From contig OZ037837.1 of NCBI GenBank assembly GCA_964035575.1, positions 1,736,001-1,800,000 on the forward strand: a stretch of 64,000 bases of DNA, in the 5' to 3' direction. Each line of letters starts with the position of its first letter. The stretch's first letter is position 1. The notes under the pieces were generated by a model. The model was not told the origin of the DNA. It was given only the letters and a program-made list of their open reading frames with translations, and made no database searches. The stretch comes from Rhynchopus sp. YZ270_cl-10. Lineage: Eukaryota. This document shows, piece by piece, positions 56,836 through 64,000 of the stretch. Both the position numbers and the translations under genes were made by a program.

Positions 56836-57104
56836 AAGGGGGGGGGGGGGGTAAAGGACCACGAATAGGACTGATATTAGGTATTCTATGTCAGTCGCAT
56901 GCCAACAGACACATCGTCGCCCGAAACACTTTTATCTGCGATGAGTGATCAAAGTTGAGCCGTTCAAACACTGCTTCCGAACTACGTAGTACGTCAGGTC
57001 GTATTTGCACACTCTGTTCATCCCATGCCACACACACACAACCCCTTCCAGACACCCCTACCTCCCACCTCTTCGAAACACCTAGGGAAATAGATACACA
57101 CACC

Positions 57105-58487
57105 ATGTCGAAGCAACGTACGGACAGCACATTAGGCGAGGATGCACCAAAGAGAAGACAGCCTTCCCCAGACGAGGTCTTTGTCGATGCTGCGCGGCAC
57201 GGCGACACTGCTGCGGTGCGGGCGGGGCTTGAGAAGCGCAGTCCAGATGCAGACAGCAAAACAGTTTTCTCAGATGCTGTGCACGAGGCATGCAGAGGGA
57301 ACCACGATGAATGCCTCGCACTGCTTCTTCCGTATGTTGAGACAACGCAGGTGGGCTTTGGGATCTTGCTGAGTGAGTGTGTCCACGCAGACCATGTTGC
57401 GTGCACGGAAGTCCTCTTGCAGCATTGGAAGTCCGTCTGCGGCAACGCGTCGTGTATCCCACATGAACGTAAGGGCATAACAGTGCGTCCCTGTCCAGCC
57501 ATGTGGGCAGACCCAACAGTGTGTCAGGTGCTCATTGATGCAGGGGCAGACATCGAGACTCTGGACGAGTTTGGGCGTTCGCCTCTGCTCAAGGCTAGCA
57601 GTTTTGGAGAACTCGCGATTGTGAAGATGTTGGTCAAAGCAGGTGCGGGAGTGCGTGTCACAGACAAGGATGGAGCCACGTGTCTTACCCTTGCGGCCTA
57701 TTTTGGATTCATCGAGACTGTGCGCTATCTTGTGGGCTTTCCTGAGGTGGATGTGAATCATGCAGAAAAAGAAGGCTACACTGCGTTGCACTTTGCAGGG
57801 CAAGAGAACCACCCCGAAGTGGTGGAGGTGCTCATTGATGCAGGGGCAGATGTCGAGGCAATTGAAGATGAGTTGGGCTGCTCGCCTCTGCTCACAGCTA
57901 GTATGTCAGGGGGGCTCGACGCTGTGAAGGTGTTGATCAGAGCAGGTGCGGACGTGCGTGTCGCGGACAACGAAGGTGACGCATGCCTTATCCTTGCGAC
58001 GTATTTTGGACACATCGAGACTGTGCGCTATCTTCTGTGCATGCCGGAGGTGGGCGTGTATTACTCTTATACCAAGGCCTTCACTGCGTTACACTTTTCA
58101 GGTCAAGAAAACTTTCCTGATATTGTGCAGGTTCTCATTGATGCAGGGGCAGACATCAATGCAAAGGACGAGAAGGGACGTTCACCTCTGCACTCGGCTT
58201 GCAATTACGGGGAACTCGCGATTGTGAAGATGTTGGTCGAAGCAGGTGCGGAAGTGTGTGTCCGAGACAATGAAGGTGACACGTGTCTTACCCTTGCGGC
58301 GCGTGCTGGATGTACCGGGACTGTGCGCTATCTTGTGGGCCTGCCAGAGGTGGACGTGAACCACAAAGGATCGAACGACCGCACTGCGTTTCAGAGGGCC
58401 GAGCACGAAGGACATCCCGATGTGATGCGGGTGCTCATTGATGCAGGGGCAGGCACGGAGACGATGCACAGCATGTCAGGGGACTAG
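57105..58487 (+). CDS. Ankyrin-repeat protein (460 aa)
   Basis: Repeated G.SPL..A / TALH.A..VLIDAGAD ankyrin units in a ~100-aa triplet periodicity; first ATG at 57105. Confidence 0.9.
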   Translation: MSKQRTDSTLGEDAPKRRQPSPDEVFVDAARHGDTAAVRAGLEKRSPDADSKTVFSDAVHEACRGNHDECLALLLPYVETTQVGFGILLSECVHADHVACTEVLLQHWKSVCGNASCIPHERKGITVRPCPAMWADPTVCQVLIDAGADIETLDEFGRSPLLKASSFGELAIVKMLVKAGAGVRVTDKDGATCLTLAAYFGFIETVRYLVGFPEVDVNHAEKEGYTALHFAGQENHPEVVEVLIDAGADVEAIEDELGCSPLLTASMSGGLDAVKVLIRAGADVRVADNEGDACLILATYFGHIETVRYLLCMPEVGVYYSYTKAFTALHFSGQENFPDIVQVLIDAGADINAKDEKGRSPLHSACNYGELAIVKMLVEAGAEVCVRDNEGDTCLTLAARAGCTGTVRYLVGLPEVDVNHKGSNDRTAFQRAEHEGHPDVMRVLIDAGAGTETMHSMSGD

Positions 58488-59479
58488 TCTTATATACTCA
58501 AAAGACGGCTGATTGCATCCTCCTCACTCCCTTTTCCCTACCTGCATGCAAAGGGTGGTGTTTTTCCTATTTTTTTTTTTTGGACTCATCAATGCAAAAC
58601 AAGAACGATCAATAAATAAAGAGATTCCGACAAGCGTAGTTTTTCTACCAGGACCTACCCCTTCCTTTTTGTTTTATACCTTAGCGAGGTGAGGAGAAAG
58701 AGCTCCAATACGGTCTCCAATCACCCCTCCAACAGGGTAATTGAGCGATCAACGGAAAACCCTTTTCCCTTATACCTAGTGTACTCCTTTTATTAGCTCT
58801 ATTTTAAGGATCCTGTGAAGAAAAGTCGTGGCTGCTGTCTAGTGATAGTAGTCTATAATCAAACAAAACTTTTACTTACCCATCGGAGTTACTGTTTCTT
58901 CTTTGCTGGCGCTGCGTGATAAATGCCCCCCACCCCAAATAGAAAAAGGATCCTGACATTTCCTACTGCAAAGCTTAAAACTTCTCTTTAGTATTTATTC
59001 TGTGAGCGTAGTCAAAACTAAAATCAAACAAAAAAATTGTTTGGCGCTGTGTTTTTTTGTCACAAATTTTACGGATTTTATCTCAACTCGTGATATAAAC
59101 TCTCTCCGCATTTGCGGATTTTCTCGTAAAAACTCGCGAAATGATCTAGGCGTTACGCACACAACGCTGCCTTTTCTCTAACCCAACGACATCTTCACTG
59201 CGTTCCGCGTACTTTTTTATGTAAGAAAATCAAACACAGCTTCACCTTTGTGGATAACGCCCTCCTGCTTCCCACCAACTCCCTTCCCTTCTTTTTATCC
59301 TTCATCCAATCCCACATAGTCCACAAGCACTTCTGACAGAGTCGACCACCTTTGACATCCGTTTTCAGTGTCAGCTTCTGAACTACGTAGTACGTCAGGT
59401 CGTGTTTGCACACTCTGTTCTTCCCATGCCACACACACAACCCCTTCCAGACACCTACCCCTGCCCTCCCTTCAAGCAT

Positions 59480-61090
59480 ATGCCTGACGTGCAGCCCAGC
59501 GCACCACAGATGCCCAGCTGTGAGAACTGTGGCGTGCCTGCACAGCTGCAGTGCGGGATCTGCACGGCGCTGTTCTTCTGCGAGAAGGCTGCGTGCTTCG
59601 AAGTGTTCCACCCAAGGGCACGTGACCGTGAGACACATCGCGCTTCTGTGACTCCGTACGGGACGTCGTCGAAGTGTGCACAGCACCCAAACCAAGAGCT
59701 GTCCCGCGTCTGCGAAGACCCTGCGTGTGGAGACGCGTTGATCTGCTTGCACTGTGATAAGTCTGAGGCACATGCGGGACACAAGACAGTTGACATCACG
59801 GACTACATGAAACGCCAGCGCAACACCCTCCGTTCGCACGTGGCATCCCTGACAACACAGCGGACTGCTGCAGAGGAGAAGTGCCGTGTGCTTGAGGCAC
59901 TCCCACCCACGGAGGACACGGAGGACAGGTACAAAGACCTTCTCCTGCAGACACGCGTCGGGCACTTCGTGATGCGTGAGGATGTGTCGCGCAGCGAAGT
60001 CGTGTGTGAGGAGGAGTTGGCACGGAGCTTCCTCACACAGGCACTCAGTCGTGAAGGGGAGGTGTGTGCGCTGAAGACGTTTGTTGCGAAGGCAGGACAC
60101 ATAATTGCTGAGTGCGAGGCGGTGTGCCAGCTTGGGGACGACCAGGTGCTGCGTGCGGTCACAGAGTTGCAGACCGTTGTGCGGAGCATGAACAGCACGG
60201 AACGGAGTGGAGACGACCACCGCCTTGTGGGTGCTGCAGACCCACACGCAATGTTTTCTCTGAAGCTGCCTGTTTCGAACGTGCACGACGCCCTTACCCA
60301 GAAGTTGGCGCTTTTTGTGCCTGTCCTTGTGCAGGGGTTGGATGGAGTGGAACACGAGATTGAGGTGGGTGTGGATGACACGGGCAGGGACTTGCGTCAG
60401 AAGGTGGCGTCTGCAGTGGGGTTGCCTGAAGACAGCTTCAATATGAAGTTCAGAGGTGCAGCGATCTCAAGAAGAACGGGCGTGGCGCAGATGAGGGGTC
60501 ATAGGGTTGTTGTTACGATGAGAAACACACAGAGGCAGGAGGCTGTTGCAGCACTTCGTGCGTTGGGTGAGACAACACTTACAGAAGAAAGGTTGCAGCA
60601 GGTGACTGATCCGAAGGTGGCTTGCTTGTTCCTGCAGGCAGAATTTGCGACTGCGATTCCAGACAACTTCTTGTCGAGAAATTCGGTGACGTGCATTGAT
60701 CTCAGTCATGCATCTGCTGTGACTGCGATTGGGAACGAATTTCTTCGTGACTGCACAGCTTTGACGAAACTCGATCTGAGTGGCTTAAGACAGGTTGCCA
60801 GGATTGGGAATTCATTCCTCGCTGGGTGCACATCATTATCGACACTTGATCTGAGTGGATTGCGAGCTGTCGTCGGGATTGGGAACGGATTCCTCTTCGG
60901 GTGCAAATCTTTGTCGACAGTTGATCTGAGTGGATTGCAACTTGTCACCACGGTTGGAGAGCTGTTCCTCGTGTGGTGCACAGCGTTGAAGACCTTGTAT
61001 GGAAGGGACAAATGCAGCAAGGTTGTGCTCAAACGTCTGACAAACGCATCTTCTCCCTACGCACAACTGTGTCGTCCGTGCGTTCAGTGA
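59480..61090 (+). CDS. Tandem B-box-like zinc fingers + coiled coil + ubiquitin-like + LRR protein
   Basis: CENC..C..C..C..H..H and CAQH..C..C..C..C..H..H; EVGVDDTGRDLRQKVASA Ubl; about 5 LRRs; start could be 59426. Confidence 0.85.
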   Translation: MPDVQPSAPQMPSCENCGVPAQLQCGICTALFFCEKAACFEVFHPRARDRETHRASVTPYGTSSKCAQHPNQELSRVCEDPACGDALICLHCDKSEAHAGHKTVDITDYMKRQRNTLRSHVASLTTQRTAAEEKCRVLEALPPTEDTEDRYKDLLLQTRVGHFVMREDVSRSEVVCEEELARSFLTQALSREGEVCALKTFVAKAGHIIAECEAVCQLGDDQVLRAVTELQTVVRSMNSTERSGDDHRLVGAADPHAMFSLKLPVSNVHDALTQKLALFVPVLVQGLDGVEHEIEVGVDDTGRDLRQKVASAVGLPEDSFNMKFRGAAISRRTGVAQMRGHRVVVTMRNTQRQEAVAALRALGETTLTEERLQQVTDPKVACLFLQAEFATAIPDNFLSRNSVTCIDLSHASAVTAIGNEFLRDCTALTKLDLSGLRQVARIGNSFLAGCTSLSTLDLSGLRAVVGIGNGFLFGCKSLSTVDLSGLQLVTTVGELFLVWCTALKTLYGRDKCSKVVLKRLTNASSPYAQLCRPCVQ

Positions 61091-61836
61091 GGGCTTGAGA
61101 GGATTGGGGTAATGTGTGTACAATACAATGATTATTTATTCCCCCCCATAGTGAATTTGTCCAAAATAAAGACCAAAAATTGTGTGTGATCTGGGGGTGG
61201 AGGAAGCGTTCCAACTGTTCAACGTCTTCCCCAATTTACCATTCGCGATTTTTTTCTCTCCCCCGTTTTTTTAGAAATCAACAGAGTGTGTACGTCAAGA
61301 TTTTTTTGCATGAGCTTGACCGAGCACTTGACTGAAATGCGTTTTCGAACTTTTCAACCCACCTCTCGACCCCCCCACCTTTTACCTTCCGCGATTTTTT
61401 ACCCTCCCCCGTTTTTTAGAAATCAACAGAGAGTGTACGTTTAGATATTTTTTTACTCAGGCTCTTCACTCAGGCAGCATTGGCTAGTTACTGGTAAGAT
61501 CAATCAGGGCAACTCTTACAGGTGCGTGCCGAAGTGCGGGGTTTTGGTTAAGATTCTATCTGGGTGGTGTACTCGAGCGCTTTTGTACAATCTAGGATAG
61601 GTTCACAAAAACATGTCTCTCCCATTTTTTTTCTCTTTTTTCGTTGCAACTCCATTCCTGATTCCACCCTCCCCCTACTTCCTCCCCCCTTCTTCCACAA
61701 CTACCACCACCACCACCACCACCAGATTAAATTTGTTACCCCACAACATCTCAGAACTTTGTGTTGTTTGTGTCGTTCTCCTTCCCACATCCTCTTCTCT
61801 CTATAGAAAAGCGACCAACCCCCCATCGACAACACA

Positions 61837-63219
61837 ATGTGGCACATTGCCGTGTTCGTGATGCTTGCACTGCTGGTCCTGTACTGGCTGCTGTGTGAAT
61901 TCTGCCCCAACTTCATGGTTGGCGTGATGTCCAACCCGTACACTTCGCAGGCACGGTGGTGCGTGGGGAGGGACTCCTTTAGGTTTCAAACCGTGAACCT
62001 TGTGTTGTACCACGCACACAACATCGACCGCGTTGCGCACATCATTACATTCCACGTTGAGTCGGTTGCCTGGCTGCTGATTCTTCACCGTGCGACACAC
62101 ATTGCGGTCATGCCTGTCGCAGTGCTGATTCTCTGTGCAATGATGGCTGATGGGACACGCTGTGTCCGCATGGCGTTTGTTGCGTTTGTGTACTGGAGTG
62201 CTGCTGCGACTGCCGCTGTGTTGTGCCCATACTCTGCGACCGTGGCTGCTTTTTCCATTGTGTGCGGTGCGACCATTCGTTGCTTGGCCCACACCTGCGA
62301 TGGACTTCCTCCGGGCATTATGTACGAAGGCGGCTTCGACAAGACCTTTTCCATCGCAAAGGAGCTGCTGAGCGACTGCTTCCACCCGCCGCGTTTGGTG
62401 TCCAGGCTGTCCTGGACGCTCCTCTGCACCTTCTTCGGTGTCTGGGCAGAGATGTGGGCGGCGGTTCCGTTCCGCGCAACCAACCCTGGCCTCTACATAG
62501 AAATGATTGTTCTGTTCCCTTCGATGAACACCTGCACCTCCGAGGAAGGTGAGCTGGAGACGATCCAATACTACCTCCAGCAGGCAGCCATCATCGAGCA
62601 GGACGGCTTCATCGCCTCCGTCTGCAGCCGCGCAGCCTTTGAGGGAGTCGAATACAACGGCTACGAAGGTGACTCATGGACCCCTTCCCTCCCGAAGTGG
62701 CTCCCCAACCCATGGTACTGGCTGTTCCTCGCGGAGCTTCCCATCTGCTTTGTGACAGTCCTGATGTGGATGGTCGACCCGGACACATTCCTGCAGGGGG
62801 TGTACGGCATCGAAGCGCCGACCCCGGCAGAGCGTGCGCTGTTGAACCTTCCCGCGAACGTTGTCTTCTCTGCATACGTCTGGTTCTACGGACGTCTTCT
62901 CCTTCAAGGGAACGACCCTGACATGAAATGCCTGAAGATGCTCCAGGAGGGAATGCTAATTGGCGACATCTGGGTCGTCGCTGCCTCAATCCGCACCGCC
63001 TTCGACGACCAGATCGTACCAGGAAACATGACAATGTTCTACTCTCAGATCGTGACCGCTGGCGCCTTTGGTCTGGCCCGTGTCGTATTTCTCTACAAAC
63101 ACCGTGTTGTCAAACCCGTTGAGACAAAAGACGGCGAAGAAATGGATGAGGACCTCCACCATCTGATCGATATGGACAAAATGAGCGGTATTTCCACATC
63201 GAAAGTTGTGATTGCATAG
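61837..63219 (+). CDS. Polytopic membrane protein of unknown function (460 aa)
   Basis: Long ATG-initiated GC-rich ORF with many hydrophobic segments. Confidence 0.78.
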   Translation: MWHIAVFVMLALLVLYWLLCEFCPNFMVGVMSNPYTSQARWCVGRDSFRFQTVNLVLYHAHNIDRVAHIITFHVESVAWLLILHRATHIAVMPVAVLILCAMMADGTRCVRMAFVAFVYWSAAATAAVLCPYSATVAAFSIVCGATIRCLAHTCDGLPPGIMYEGGFDKTFSIAKELLSDCFHPPRLVSRLSWTLLCTFFGVWAEMWAAVPFRATNPGLYIEMIVLFPSMNTCTSEEGELETIQYYLQQAAIIEQDGFIASVCSRAAFEGVEYNGYEGDSWTPSLPKWLPNPWYWLFLAELPICFVTVLMWMVDPDTFLQGVYGIEAPTPAERALLNLPANVVFSAYVWFYGRLLLQGNDPDMKCLKMLQEGMLIGDIWVVAASIRTAFDDQIVPGNMTMFYSQIVTAGAFGLARVVFLYKHRVVKPVETKDGEEMDEDLHHLIDMDKMSGISTSKVVIA

Positions 63220-64000
63220 AAAAAATATATAAAAAAATCTCATAAAAAAAGTCAAAAAATAAAATTGACTTTTGACTTGGGTGTTGACTTACCCATACAA
63301 TTATTTCCACGCATTTTTTTTGTATTGTAGTAGGTGACTAAGCAACCGAAGCTTAGCATCCGGGTTTTTTTTTTCCGACATTTTTCATTTATTTCACTCA
63401 TAGACTGAGTACTCTTGGGTGGGGAAAGTGGCCCTTCCTCCCAAATTTTATGTGTATTCAAGGTGATACAAGCATGAGAGAGGCTTGAGGTCATCTTAGA
63501 AAAAAAAATTTTTTTTTTTTGATTTTTTTTTTTTTGGCCAAACCACCTTCTCCACTCCCCCTATATCTTTATATCCTCGTTTCCTCTCCAAAACCCCCCC
63601 TTTTCCCCCCAATTTTTTTTTGAAAAGTTGTGTGTTGCATCAGGCGCATCGCTTCTTGTCAAATAATCCATTTTTATTGATATTTTTTTTTTTACTATTT
63701 TACTCCCCTCCACTCCCCCGCGTTTTCTATACTCCCTCATCCCCGAAAAAAAGTATTTTTTTTGATTTTTTTTCCCCAAACCTCCAAAAAAAAAAAAGTT
63801 AAAAATCTTTCCATTCTTTCCTTCGCACCCCCACCCCTTCTCCTTATATCCCTACTAAGCGCAACTAAGAGTAAACTGTATCAGATTCTATAGCGACCAT
63901 AAAAGACATGCCTTTGTTCTCCCGATTTTAAATGACTAAATTCTGGTTCAATTGGCAAAGGTGTGTTATGGCCGTATTGTGTGGTACATTTTTTGTTTCT

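Larger units (their letters stand above)
30781..56873. mobile_element. G-rich TIR element (~1 kb of own sequence) expanded to 26 kb by nested insertions
   Basis: TIR CAGTCCTATTCGTGGTCCTTTACCCCCC at both ends; AT on both flanks; left flank (30725-30780) and right flank (~56975-57060) both match one contiguous paralogous region at ~59305-59460. Confidence 0.82.

Noticed and set aside
59195..60381. Minus-strand ORFs (386 and 192 aa)
   Set aside because: Antisense to the B-box/Ubl/LRR gene

Overview
Eukaryotic, very probably diplonemid (Euglenozoa) genomic DNA: a complete 40-nt diplonemid-type spliced leader is present at 7206-7245 (-). Host genes are intronless and all on the + strand: four ubiquitin-like+LRR paralogs (one fused to B-boxes), a mucin-stalked tandem SGNH/PC-esterase protein, a Ubl+DUF4116 protein, an ankyrin-repeat protein and a polytopic membrane protein. 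More than half of the window is mobile DNA. An I-group/Ingi-like LINE (212-7289) carries the spliced leader near its 5' end, and its ORF1 and ORF2 are in one frame separated by a single TGA followed by a 2A-like motif. Many MITEs with resolvable TIRs and TSDs are present. A 26-kb nest (30781-56873) holds an intact intron-containing hAT, a CRE-clade retrotransposon with two OTU-like domains, hAT foldback elements sitting in G-runs, and a CACTA-like element. The most unusual signal is a hAT-like (CGGBP1-type) transposon family with GGCATAC termini: in 3 of 3 cases it sits exactly at the terminal TA of another hAT element, duplicates only TA instead of 8 bp, and has Asp at the position of the catalytic Glu. 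All calls are from reading the sequence by eye; no database searches were run.
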